Shown here: one piece after another, positions 13,615 through 25,739 of the stretch
Layout: the number at the start of each line of letters is the position of its first letter
How positions within the stretch are numbered: position 1 is the first letter of the stretch
Assembly: GCF_001194135.2 (NCBI RefSeq)
Contig: NC_068990.1
Coordinates: 63,449,397-63,513,396 of the forward strand
Reading direction: 5' to 3'
Origin: Octopus bimaculoides
Lineage: Eukaryota
DNA length: 64,000 nt
Translations under genes and position numbers: made by a program
The notes under the pieces: model-generated
What the model saw: the letters and a program-made list of their open reading frames with translations, nothing else
What the model was told of the DNA's origin: nothing
Database searches by the model: none

Positions 13615-14041
13615 AGTAATGTTTATGTCAACAGAATGTGGCAGTGCTATAAAGGACGATGTTACCGTTGCTTTAGTCTCAGGAAAACATCTTTTCCAGC
13701 TGGCTATTGACAGACACACACACACACACGCACACAGACTTAAAACAAATCGTTTTTCTCAATACGAGATCAGAGACTGAGCGTCGCTTATAGAATATAT
13801 AGCATTTGCGAATGGAGAGAGCTTTCGACACTAGCTTGTGATTATCTCACACTGAGGACAGGTAACAACCCAGAAACTTAAGGTCTGTGAGTATCATGCA
13901 AAACGATGACTTCTCTTGCAAATTACTATACGGACACAGTGTGTCGATAGCCAGCTGGAAAAGATGTTTTCCTGGAGCTATAACAACAGTAAGATCGTCC
14001 TTTACTGGACTGTCACATTCTGTTGGCAATTAAACATTACT
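13615..14041. mobile_element. foldback/MITE with ~100-bp inverted arms
   Basis: 13615-13716 and 13939-14041 are reverse complements (e.g. CCAGCTGGAAAAGATGTTTTCCTG). Termini AGTAATGTTTA...TAAACATTACT enclose a ~220-bp spacer. Confidence 0.8.
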
Positions 14042-14065
14042 CTGTGTGTGTGTTTGTGTGTATGT

Positions 14066-14270
14066 GTGAAGGTGTGCACCTAGTGGTTAGGGTGTTACAT
14101 TCACGATCGCAAGTTCGTGGTTGCAATTCTGAGAGCGGCAACATGTTGTGTTCTTGAGCTAAACTCCTGTGTGAATGGGGAACCCTGCGATGGATTGGCG
14201 TTTGGTCCAGGGGGGGAGTGTAAGCCTGCCCGTCTAACTAGCTGGGTAACGTCATTTGGAAAGCTACAAC
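14066..14270 (+). mobile_element. tRNA-head SINE with V-domain-like core, degenerate
   Basis: A2-type head followed by AACCCTGCGATGGATTGGCGTTTGGTCCAGGGGG (14181-14216), which resembles the V-SINE central domain as I remember it. Confidence 0.6.
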
Positions 14271-14907
14271 AACATAACCGGCTGTGTGTAACAGGAACCG
14301 AGAATCTATAGAATATACGCATATACATGCATAATATATATATGCATATATGTTTCCGTGTTTGAAGTCAATAGAAACTTTCTATATTCCTTAGAGACAA
14401 ACACACCGTGTCTCTGCAAAAGCACTTAGTTTTGCAGTCTTAATGCGTAAATTTAAATTGAACCTGTCATATCGGCTATTTAGTTCGTCAAGACTCCAGT
14501 AAGAATTGAAATTGCGATCTCCCTTTTGTTTACGACAAACGCTGTTTTACCATTGAGTTTTAACTAAAATTCCTTTACAAGACAAATGGTTAATACATAG
14601 AACATATTAATTCATTTCCTGTACACTCTCCACCCATAATTATCATATACCCATTCAACAAACAAAGCAAAACTTCAACGTAGCATTGAAAATGTACATT
14701 CCACATACATTTATATTCACATTTCTATATATCCATAGCATATCTACTCACAAAAATACACACAAAATCAATCATATGCCACGTACATCATAAACAAACA
14801 CATACACGGACCAACGCATACACACATGCGTAACAGTGCATACACACACGTACCAACGCATACACACAAACGTATCAACACATGCGCACACGAACCAATG
14901 CTGGCAC

Positions 14908-14938
<31 letters not shown>

Positions 14939-16281
14939 AGTGCGCATATATGTGTGTATGCGCTTGTGTGAGTGCTTGTGTGTATATTTATAGATAGATA
15001 AGTAGATAAATAGATAGATAGATAGATATGCCGTATATATTATATAAACAGACACTCATATGTATAATCTATATTCGTGTGTGTGTGTGTATGTGTAGAT
15101 GTATGGGGGTGTTGCGTATTTGTGTTTGAGTGCGATAATGTGCGTGTATCTTGTGTGACTGCGTTTGTGTATAATTGAATGTCGCTGTACTTGTGACAAA
15201 AATTGCAAAGCAATTCTTCTAATATGCTGTTTATTACCATCATGACTGCAGCGTTGTAACTTTAATTATGAAATGGCTATAAACCTTGAATAAATATTAA
15301 CGTGAGGAATTTATATATTGCTTTCATGTTTTTGAAATAACTTTTGTTTTGGCTCTTATGTCTATGTATTTTTACTGTTTTAGCCGATGTTGTTGTTGTT
15401 TATACTAACTATCCTAATATACCGACATCTAGAAGTCTTTAATTAGACGAACAAACTATTATTCTATTTTATATGAAACACGGTTTCAAAAACAAAAGAA
15501 GCTTTGAAATATTTACAACTGAACATTTGTTGTTTCGCTTATAAATGCAAACTGAATTTTCATCATGTGCATATAGAATTTAGCCATTACTGAAAATGAG
15601 TTCAACATTTATGAGACATTTGCTACATACGTTAAAACAATGGCTGAATCATTCAAATAACCTCTTCAAAAATGAATATATTATTAGAACGATTGGGAAA
15701 CAACTCAGGCACCGGTTTGTCTAGCTGTATTTGATTTATAGATTCAGATTATACTAGCACAACCATACCTATACCCACCAGCTATATATATATATACATA
15801 TATATTTATATATATATATATATACATACACATATGCACACATACATATATATATGTGTGTGTGTATGTATGTATTCATGCATGCATGTATGTATATGGA
15901 ATTATATGTTTGTACATGTGCGTGTACGTCTATGTACACGCATAGCTGATGGGTATGTATATGCTTTTATAAATATGCATAAATACACATAGTTATGCGT
16001 ATAAAAATATTCATATACACAGGTGTATATATACATAAATACTTATGTCTATTCGTACACGTGCAAAATAGATATTACATGGAGACATTACGTTGCAAAT
16101 ATCACATCATGGATGATCAGTTTTCTTCAATGGCACATGCAAGATTTACTGGTATTAGTTGTATCAAACAATTAGGAAAACTTGGCTGATGGCGGTCCGT
16201 GCAATAGGATATGAACTAGTCGATTTCTTTTAATCCTTCTCCATCTCACTTCTCTCTCTCTCTCTCTTTCTNNNNNNNNNN

Positions 16282-16330
<49 letters not shown>

Positions 16331-16493
16331 TCCTTTTCCTTTCTCTCTGTCTCTCTTTCTTTTTCTTTCTTGTTCGTTCGCACTCCCTCTTAAATATTTC
16401 CTGAGTTTCTTACTCTCTATCTTACAAAAACAGTTTTCCAGTCTGTATTAACCACGCTATAGGTAAGTAGGAAGGCAAATGATATCAGATATA

Positions 16494-17714
16494 CACAGAC
16501 ATGACAGAAGTGAGTAAACACCTCTTAAAACATCGTTTTATGTTTATTTTAACTTGAAAAGGTTTATTTTTTTTATTAATTGACATTTTTATGTTTCAGG
16601 TTCTATATATGACTGTTTAATCATGTCATGTACAAAAGAAGCCTTGGAACTGTCCGAATTCCAAAGAGGCCGTATTGTGGGTCAGTCTGAAGGTGGACTT
16701 AGTCATCGTAAAATTGTAGAAAATATTGGGATCCCACTTTCTAAACTTGACAGAGTGATTGTGCAATTCACCAGAGAGGGGGAGGAGTTCACATCACCTT
16801 GCCCAGGTCGACTGGAGCCCTCTGACAGGACCCTTCGCTTAGATAAGAGAAGTGTGGAGGATAACCCCCGTTGCAAAGCCTCTGGCATGACAAAACATGT
16901 TGATGTCAGTCCCAGAACAGCTATCAGGTATCTTCATGAACTTAGCTAGTATGGCAGAGCAGCAAAGAGGAAACTACTTCTTCAACCAGCCAATATGAAG
17001 CAGAGAAAAGTTTGGGCCTGTGACATGGTGGCGAGTCACTAGCATTCTGGGACACTGTTATATTCTCTGGTGAGTCCAGATTTTACAGTGGTCGAATGTG
17101 GGTTTGGAGACTTTGTGATCAAGAAATTGATGTGAAAAGGTTGCAGCCAACAATGAAATATGGTGGCTGTTTTGTGATGGTCTGGGGAGCAGTTTGGAGC
17201 AACGGTCAACCAGAACTACTGGGGTATAGGGGAGAGATAAACTCAGATAAATGTGTCCATATTGCAGAAAGGACTCCTTCTAATCTTCTCCAGTGGTGAA
17301 ATGATTAAAAAAGACTTTCTATTTATGGAAGATGGAGCTCCTTGTCATACAGCTAAAAAGACCCATGATTGTTTGGAAGAGAATGGCATTAGTAAGCTTC
17401 CATGGCCAAGCCAGTCACCAGATATGAACCTTATTGAACACCTCTGGGACATAATGGACAGGGCACTTGTCAAAAGGAACAAGAAAGTATCCTCAAATTC
17501 AGATTTTTTGAGATTGCTGCATGAAACATGGCATGAAATTAGTTTAGAGAATATTCGTCATCTGGTCAGAAGCATGCCTAATAGAGTCCTTGCACTGAAA
17601 AATGCTGAGGGTATGCCTATTAGATATTCACATTAAAATAACAAGTAATCTAAATGTATCATTTGAGATTTAAATAAATTTTAACGATTTTAACGGTGTC
17701 TATTTACTTCTGTA

Positions 17715-17723
<9 letters not shown>
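16494..17723 (+). mobile_element. Tc1-family (DD34E) transposon, near full length, inactive
   Basis: Imperfect ~40-bp TIRs (CACAGACATGACAGAAGT.../...ACTTCTGTAATGTGTGTG) with TA at the left flank. The transposase 16623-17636 is broken by stops and frameshifts: FSGESRF (first D mutated), VMVWG, FMEDGAPCH then 34 aa to E in SPDMNLIEHLW. Confidence 0.95.
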
Positions 17724-17775
<52 letters not shown>

Positions 17776-17934
17776 TGTGTGTGTATCGAACACTGACGGG
17801 TGAAGGATGAAAGTGATTTCCACGGAATTCAAACTCGGAATGTAAAGAGAGAGAGTTGCAACAGATACTGTATGCTATTGTCTCTGACTCTCACTTTAAG
17901 GAGTTTTCCAATTCAATGCACTTTAAATAATATG

Positions 17935-18345
17935 GGTTTCTAACATAAGCAGAAGGCCTAAAATTTGGAGGAAGTTTATTATTCGATTACACTGACCCAG
18001 TAGTTGTCTGATACTTTATAGACGTCGAGGTATGAATGGCAAAGTTGACCTCAACAGGATTTGAACTTAGAACATGAAGAACCAGAAGAAATAGCACGGG
18101 GCATTTTATTTGACATTGTAATGATTCTACTTATTTACCATCTTTGAATATTTTCTAATTTCGGCACAAGACCAAAAATTTAGGGAAAAAGGTGCTAGTT
18201 GATTAAACTGACGCCAGTACTTGAGTGGAATTTTATTTTATCGGCCCCGGAAGGAGACAATGAGAAATTAACGTTTGCGAGATTTGAACTCAAAACACAA
18301 AAGTTCAAAAGAGATAGATATTAGGTAACATTTTGCTTGACTCTT
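17935..18345 (-). mobile_element. two decayed Meta-type SINEs (family C)
   Basis: Degenerate versions of the TCGATTACATCGACCCCAG..TACTT..ATCGACCCCGAAAGGATGAAAGGC..GATTTGAACTCAGAAC pattern. Confidence 0.65.
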
Positions 18346-18703
18346 TATTCAGCATTATATCGGCTTTCTACATATCCAGCGTCTTTATATCTAATATTAT
18401 TTTAAATAAATGGAAAGATCTCTAGAAATGATTTCAATTCTAACTTACAGTCATTTCGCCAGTACTTGATTGGAATTTTACTTTATCGGTTCCGGAATGA
18501 TAGAATGAGAAATTAACGTTTGCGAGATTTGAACTCAGAACATAAAAGTTCGTAAGAAATACCAGATACCATTTTGTTCTATTCTTTATTTAGCACTATA
18601 TCGGCTCTCTACACATCTACTGCCTTTATATCCATAAATAATATTTTAAATAAGTGAAAAACTCTCTAGAAAAGATTTCAATTCTAGCTTAGAGTCATTT
18701 CGC
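18212..18703 (+). repeat. tandem duplication, 2 x ~245 bp
   Basis: Units start CGCCAGTACTTGA at 18212 and 18457 and both end AGTCATTTCGC. About 80% identical by eye. Confidence 0.85.
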
Positions 18704-18845
18704 TTTCATTTAATTTGATATCTTTGTGATAAGCATCAGATGCAACGTTTCACTCTTTATTTCATATCAATGTGCAACTATAACTTCTTTCTACGTAAAT
18801 TTCCTCTCAGACAATATTTATGCTACATGTGTACACATAACTGGC

Positions 18846-19163
18846 ACTCTGTCAGTTATGACGGCGATGGGTTCCAGTTTATTCGACCAGCGGAACAACC
18901 AACTCTTGAAATTAAAGAGTGAATGATTGAGAACTCCGCAGATAAACGTACCCTTGGCGTAGTCCTCAGGGTGATTCAGTATAACCCTTTTAAATTACAT
19001 TTTTGTGACCCCCCTTTCGAATTATATTTTTTGCCAGCTGAGTAGACTGCAACAACGTGAAATCAGCTGACTTGTTCAAGGATACAACGTACCGCCAGTT
19101 TTTCGAACACACGGCTTTACGCTCCTAACCTGAATATCCCTAACCACTGAACCACGCGCCGTC
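18846..19163 (-). mobile_element. SINE family A2, degenerate
   Basis: Tail remnant GGGTTCCAGTTT..GCGGAAC and head remnant CCCTAACCACTGAACCACGCGCC. Confidence 0.7.
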
Positions 19164-20237
19164 CAACATATTTAGGTTTAATTTATGCATTTATTTCCCT
19201 CTTTCATAGAATGTGAATGGGTCTATTTACAGAATAATTTATATTGTTTAGATAAAATATAAAATCCCTATTTGTGTGAATGAAATATCTTCAGTGACAT
19301 TTCTGCTATTTTTACAAAGGTAATACCTGAAGTAAAGATGTTTTGGTTTTCTTATATTCCATTCTGAACATTGTATACAATTATTAGAGTAAAATTCCAA
19401 ACATTTCTGTTGATAAATATCACTAGAAATGTCCTATTCAAATGTCACCCGAAAATGTCATAAAGACAGCTGCTAGCGAAATACTTGTCTCAACGTTTCT
19501 TACGACACCATAACATGTTAAATCTCATCACGAACTGGTGGTGTTTTTTTTTTTCATCCTCATTCAAATTGCTATTACCTATTTTTTTCGCAAATCCCCT
19601 TCATTAAAATAAACAAAAACCAAAAAGACTAAGAGAAGTTTCTCACATAGTGAAACATAGTCATTAAAATATGCATTACACTGACATTTCATAATAGATT
19701 TTCGTTATACACAACCAAACTTTCTAAAGAATATAATATTTTTAGTTATCTTGCTATTTAGTCCCAAATGAAGTTTAAACCAGTACACCTGTGATCCTCT
19801 TTTATAAGATGGTGTTATTCGTGGAATAAACCGATTTTACTTCTCAAGTTCAATTTTGGGCTGAGTCACCAATGTTTTTGAGCAAGTCATAAATCACATA
19901 CACTGTCCTTCTTTAAAGTGCTGGCATTAAACAACCAAATTTGGTTGTTCTCAATAATTTGGAACTACAAACTCATCGCTTTGCAATAAATTGACTACAA
20001 AGGTATCAGAATTTAATCCATATCAATGTCCTTGTTTCTATTGACATTATCATTAATGGAAAATATATTATACTATAATTAATTAATATATACATACATA
20101 TATCATTTAGCGTCTATTTCTCAGCATATAGGCTAGAAAGTTTCTTTGTAAGCCCTTATTATAATTATACATATAATTCCACCTTAATCGGTTCCCTTAT
20201 ACCTGCTGCTACTGGTAAAACTTTTTAAAAAAGTTTT

Positions 20238-20276
<39 letters not shown>

Positions 20277-20285
20277 TCACACATA

Positions 20286-20340
<55 letters not shown>

Positions 20341-20730
20341 GTGTGTGTGCGTAGTGTTCCGTTACTTGTAGGATAAAGAGAAACTAAGTTCTCAATCCAG
20401 CGAGAGATAAATAGGATTTAATAAAAACACGATTTACATGTGAACTGCTTTGAGTTTCAAGAAATTTATCTCTAGATTAGTTTCCTTTTAAACTCTGTGT
20501 TTATTAAATTATATATCTATAATTATGTGTGCATGTGTCTGTCTGTATGTATGTATGTATGTATATTAACCATTGTCAGGGAAACGCATGATACACTACA
20601 CCAGAGGATATAAAAAATATTATTTAGTAATAACATAAATTACTTGTTAAATATCAATAGAGAACAGGTACACACTCACAGATACACATGTTTATAGCTT
20701 TACTAGTTAGCAAACAAAACTTGAGCATCC

Positions 20731-21720
20731 GTTTGAGTTAATACAACCCCTTATTCAGACTAATCATTCAGTCAGTGGTCCACATGTATCATACACACAC
20801 ACATAAATGAAAGCAAACATATATTCACTTATATATATATAATAGAAATATGTTTCAGAAAGAAAATAGAAACTACGTGGAAAAGATGTGGGAAAAATAA
20901 GAAGAAAAAAAGCGAAAATGCACATTGGATATTAAAGAAGGCATTTTATGAAAAGTAACGATAACTATATGCAATTAGGTGAACTGAGGTAGAATTAAGA
21001 GGAATAAAAGTCATTATTGTGAATTGTTAAAGAGGTTCAAAGTCATAGCGGTATCGTCAGTTGCAGTTCACTGGCTTTGAATGCACACCGATTACCAAAT
21101 GGTGTTGGGTCTACTAATCCCCGAGTAAAAAGATTATGTGTAAGGGAGGTAAATAGTTCTGGACGTTGTGCAATTAGGGTAGATATAATACTGTAATATG
21201 AATGGTGTAGGGAATGTATAAGAGTTAATGGTATTATTTGTAAGGTTAGTAGGGTTCTGTATTATGTTTTGTGTTCATGTTAAGTTGTGGATGAAATTTA
21301 TTGATGAAAATTGCCTCTTTATTCATTCTTTGCTGTACTGAGGTGTTCTGTGAACATTGATAGAAGGGGAAAATTAGGAAGTTAGGGTTAAGGTTCCTAG
21401 CAACACCTATCTGTGTGTTCAGTGACCTGTATCTGTCTGTATTGTGGGTGGCGGATTTGTTCTTTGTGAAGAGTGGTTCTTTGACGGAGTGATATTCCTG
21501 TTTGGCCAATATATTGATTACTGCACCCTAAGCAGATAAAGGCATAGATTAGGATTTCCGAGGCACAGGTGAAATTTAGTGGAACTCTGTACCCTCCAAA
21601 AGGTGGGGACATAACAATGCTCACGAAATACCTTTTTATATAAATTCCTCCATCATAAGCAGGATTGCTGGAAATATAGCGATAGGAACCAATGCATCGG
21701 TCCTCCTGTCCAAACGCAAC
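20731..21720 (-). mobile_element. Penelope-like element 3' fragment (GIY-YIG endonuclease plus downstream region)
   Basis: Two frames join to give FTCASEILIYAFICLGCSNQYIGQTGISLRQRTTLHKEQIRHPQYR / FLIFPFYQCS..RMNKEAIFINKFHPQLN (21246-21600). Confidence 0.85.
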
Positions 21721-22099
21721 TAAATCTTATGTACCAGGGAACATGTATGTACGGGAATGCTTATATACACATATGTGTATGTATGTATGTATGTGTGGAT
21801 GGGTATATATATGTGTCCTTATGTATAATACAATAACAATTAGCTCATTGGTGTGCATGTACAGACGGTTATGTATGTACACTTAAGTGTACATATATAT
21901 ATTCATGTATTTATGTTTATTTATTGCTGGCAGGGACACCGTATTTGGCTATGCAATCATAATATACTTTTAGTGCAGCCTAAGTCTTTTGTGTGTGTGT
22001 GAGTGAGTGTGTGTGTGCGTGTGTGTGTGGTGATAAGGGTGGAATAGGCGTGTAAATTATGTTATGCTCTGCGTCTAATATCATGAGGGAGCGTCTTCT

Positions 22100-22340
22100 A
22101 GTCCAATGGTAGAAACTTGTGGTGCATATATTTTATAAAAATTTCTGATCTCGAGTTTAGAAGGTTGATGCAGTTAGTCAGTCTAATATTTATGTATATT
22201 CATTTTTCTATAGAGATACTGCACTCTTTGGACCCGTTAATTTATGGCCTAAATTTCTCTACGATGTTCCACCTGATGGCGATATAGCCGTTTGTTTTGT
22301 TGATATTATATTTAGATAAGTTAAAATGCATGACCTATCT
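22100..22340 (-). mobile_element. Penelope-like GIY-YIG C-terminal remnant
   Basis: Reads LSKY..IRWNIVEKFRP*INGSKEC..EK..LLNSRSEIF, which parallels the endonuclease C-terminus at 53390-53683. Confidence 0.55.
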
Positions 22341-22391
22341 GGTTTCTATCGGGGAAAAAAGTGTTGGAGCGCGGTTGGCTGGAGTTTCATA

Positions 22392-22556
22392 TTTCTTTAT
22401 TGCTCACAGGGGGATAAACATAGAGGGGACAAACAAGGACAGACAAACGGATTAAGTCGATTATATTGACCCAGTGCGTAACTGGAACTTATTTAATCGA
22501 CCCCGAAAGGATGAAAGTAAAGTCGACTTCGGCGGAATTTGAACTCAGAACGTAAA
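22392..22556 (-). mobile_element. Meta-type SINE (family C variant tail), 5'-interrupted
   Basis: AAGTCGATTATATTGACCCAG..TAATCGACCCCGAAAGGATGAAAG..CGGCGGAATTTGAACTCAGAACGTAA, abutting a Tc1 fragment. Confidence 0.85.
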
Positions 22557-23325
22557 GCTCACAAGGAAGGACTGCAGAATATTGATCTTAAAACCAATCG
22601 GATTACGGCTGCAAAGTTAAACCACCAACTTGCCAACCCTATGTCCACTAAAGTTATTCGCCATGAGCTCCGTAGAACTAGATACCATGAAAGGTCTGCA
22701 ATTTCTAAACCCCTCCTGTCCTTCATAAACTGAAAGAATGGTGTGTAGACAATCCGTATGGCTCAATGGAACAATCTAACCTCTGACGAAACATTATTTA
22801 CCATTTTTCCGCTTCGAAGCGAGTTTATGTCTGGAAACAGCCCAAAGATTTTCAACTCTGACTGTTTAGCCAGTACTGTGAAACATAGAGGTGGCTTTGT
22901 GATGATTTGGGCTTTTAGTTGTTCTACATGGTAGAGATGATGCCAAGGATTATCTGTGTATATTGCTGATAATGCTCATCATCTCGTACAAGCGTTGGTA
23001 CCTGATATTTGTGCAATCTTCCAGGACAATAATTCACCGATTCACACAGCTAATGTTATTAAAAATGGTGACGAAGAGCACAACAGTGAATTAGGACGCA
23101 TGGATTTCCCCCATCATCGGATCTCAATATAGTCAAGCATTTATTGGGCATTCTGAAGCAGCAAATGAGGAGCCACTTCCTTCTAAAATAATGAATATTT
23201 AGACCCTGTAGGAATCAATTTTCAACCTATTAAAGTTGTGACTGGTGCCAAAAACCGACCAACTCCGCATTAAATAATGTAACTTCACTTTAGCAAGGTA
23301 TTTCAATTATTTTCTGAAATTCCTG
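22557..23325 (+). mobile_element. Tc1-family transposon remnant (5'-truncated)
   Basis: Motifs ITAAKLN..IRHEL..AISKPLLS, SDET, TVKHRGGFVMIW, IFQDNNSPIHTA, DLNI..HL. The right end is ...TTCCTG followed by TA (23326-23327). Confidence 0.85.
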
Positions 23326-24412
23326 TATATGTATGTAGACATGTATGTATGTAATACATTCATTATTGGAATAATTCATTTTTCTTTTGCATACTTGACT
23401 GTACAATCTATTGCAGCACTATGTCTTTCCGATACGTGGAATATTTCACTTTTTAATTATTTCTAAAGTTTATTTTTTTATAAATATTGTGATATGCCAA
23501 GTAATGATATTTTCCCTATATCTTTTTGTGCATGTGTAATTCTTTCCAATTTCTTTTTCGATGGAGCCTTTGTTTCCTTTTTTCTGCTATCTTTGTTTCC
23601 CCAAAGTTATTTTATTTATCGATATACGTATTTACAGAAATACGGAAACAAATATAGTCCGCATATTACTGAGTAATAGCATAATTATGATTAATTATAG
23701 CATTGTCCAGTGTATTATTAGTTAAAAGATTATGTACCATATCAGCTGTGGTCCGGATATGACTACAGTCATATAAAAGAAAATTATATCTCTTTCACAA
23801 AAAAAAAATTGTTTTCGGAGAGACAAAAGGCTTTAACAAAATCAATGGGTGATTTTCTGTAATTATTCAGAATAGTGTATATACAATTCCAGTTTCACAC
23901 CGGAAGCTCTATCGCTGGTGCTATTGATAGCACGGATGGTGGTTGAAATAGTGGATTAGTGACAAGGACACTGCAACAATAACAACAGAAGTAAAATAAA
24001 TAATGGTTGTAATTGTAGTTTTGAAACAACCTGTTATTTTCATTGTCATTGTGGAAACCAGTCGACCTGTAATCCTGTAAGTTTCAGTGACACGTCAAAA
24101 TATTTTTAACGGTCAAGGCCAAACAAAAGAGCGATAAATATCACACCAGGTCCTTTCAATTACATGGAAGTTTCTTAGAGTATATAAACGACAATCGTAG
24201 GAGAAGAATTTTCAACACGAACAGAACAGTTCGAATAGTTTTTTATGATGAAATTTTAAATCAAAGATTTTTTCAGTTTTCTATTAGGTGATCTATTTCG
24301 TTTTGAAATTTTTTTATTAACGATAGTTTCTATTTATTTCACCTTTCCCTTGTTTCTTTCTAGCATTTTGGCCTTCATGGCTAACAAGAACAAGAACAAG
24401 AACAACAGCAAT

Positions 24413-24570
24413 AATAATAACGATTTCAAATTATGGCACAAGGCCAGCAAATTCGGGGGAGGGGTAAGTCAATTACACCAACCTCAATGTTCAACTGGCA
24501 CTTATTTTACGAACCTCGAAAGGATGAAAAGCGATGTAGATCTCGGCAGAATTAGAACTAAGAATGTGAA
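24413..24570 (-). mobile_element. Meta-type SINE (family C), partial
   Basis: Homologous to 24603-24831, with an (AAT/AAC)n tract at its tail. Confidence 0.8.
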
Positions 24571-24602
24571 CACAACAACAACAGCAACAACAACAATAAT
24601 AA

Positions 24603-24831
24603 TAATTATAATAATAATGATTTCAAGATTTTGCCACGAGGGCAGCTTGTGGGAGGGGATTAAGTCGATTACATCGACCCCACTGCGTAAGTGTTACTTA
24701 TTTAATCGACCCCGAAAGAGTAAAAGGCGAAGCCGACATTGGCGGAATTTGAACTAAGAACGTAGCGGTAGACGAAATACCCACCAAGCATTCCGCCCGG
24801 CGTGCTAACGATTCTGCCAGCTCTCCACCTT
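24603..24831 (-). mobile_element. Meta-type SINE (family C), full length
   Basis: Minus strand starts AAGGTGGAGAGCTGGCAGAATCGTTAGCACGCCGG and has B-box-like AGTTCAAATTCC, a Meta-like core and an ATT tail. Confidence 0.9.
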
Positions 24832-24855
24832 ATCGATGATGATGATGATGATGAT

Positions 24856-24957
24856 GATCCTTTCTACTATAGGCAGAACGCCTGAAATTTTTTGGGGGGG
24901 TAGGGGTGGATGGGCCCAGTCGATTAGATCGACCCCAGGGTTCATCTGGTACTGATT
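24856..24957 (-). mobile_element. Meta-type SINE (family C), 3' part only
   Basis: CCAGTCGATTAGATCGACCCCAG with an (ATC)n tail. Confidence 0.75.
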
Positions 24958-24960
24958 GAT

Positions 24961-25168
24961 AAGGCAGCAGAATCATTCGCACGCTGGACGAGATACTTAG
25001 CGGTATTGCGCCCGCCGCCACGTTCTAAGTTCAAACTCTACCGAGGTCGGCTTCGCCTTTCATCCTTTCGGGGTCAATAAAATAAGTACTAGTTGAACAC
25101 ACAGGAGTCGAAGTAATCCACTCATTCCCCTCCCCTAAAATTGCTGCCCTTGTGGAAAAATTTGAAAC

Positions 25169-25222
<54 letters not shown>
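24961..25222 (+). mobile_element. Meta-type SINE (family C)
   Basis: Core GCCTTTCATCCTTTCGGGGTCAATAAAATAAGTACTAG and a long (ATT)n tail. Confidence 0.9.
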
Positions 25223-25223
<1 letters not shown>

Positions 25224-25226
25224 GAT

Positions 25227-25412
25227 AAGGCGGAGAGCTGGCAGAAGCGTTAGCACGCGGGCAAAATGCTTAGCGGTATTTCATCTGTCTTTATGTTCTG
25301 AGTTCAAATTCCGCCGAGGTCGACTTTGCCTTTCATCCTTTCGGGGTCGAAAAATTAAGTACCAGTTGCGTACTGGGGTCGATTTAATTGACTGGCCCCC
25401 TCCCCCAAAATT
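25227..25412 (+). mobile_element. Meta-type SINE (family C), young; the tail is lost in a gap
   Basis: AAGGCGGAGAGCTGGCAGAAGCGTTAGCACG..GAGTTCAAATTCCGCCGAGGTCGACTTTGCCTTTCATCCTTTCGGGGTCG. Confidence 0.92.
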
Positions 25413-25739
25413 NNNNNNNNNNNNNNNNNNNNNNNNNNNNNNNNNNNNNNNNNNNNNNNNNNNNNNNNNNNNNNNNNNNNNNNNNNNNNNNNNNNNNNNN
25501 NNNNNNNNNNNNNNNNNNNNNNNNNNNNNNNNNNNNNNNNNNNNNNNNNNNNNNNNNNNNNNNNNNNNNNNNNNNNNNNNNNNNNNNNNNNNNNNNNNNN
25601 NNNNNNNNNNNNNNNNNNNNNNNNNNNNNNNNNNNNNNNNNNNNNNNNNNNNNNNNNNNNNNNNNNNNNNNNNNNNNNNNNNNNNNNNNNNNNNNNNNNN
25701 NNNNNNNNNNNNTTTGCTGGGCATGATCGAAAGTGCTAG

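Noticed and set aside
14393-14437. Two adjacent small hairpins (6-bp and 8-bp stems)
   Set aside because: Short stems with no recurrence in the window; compatible with chance.
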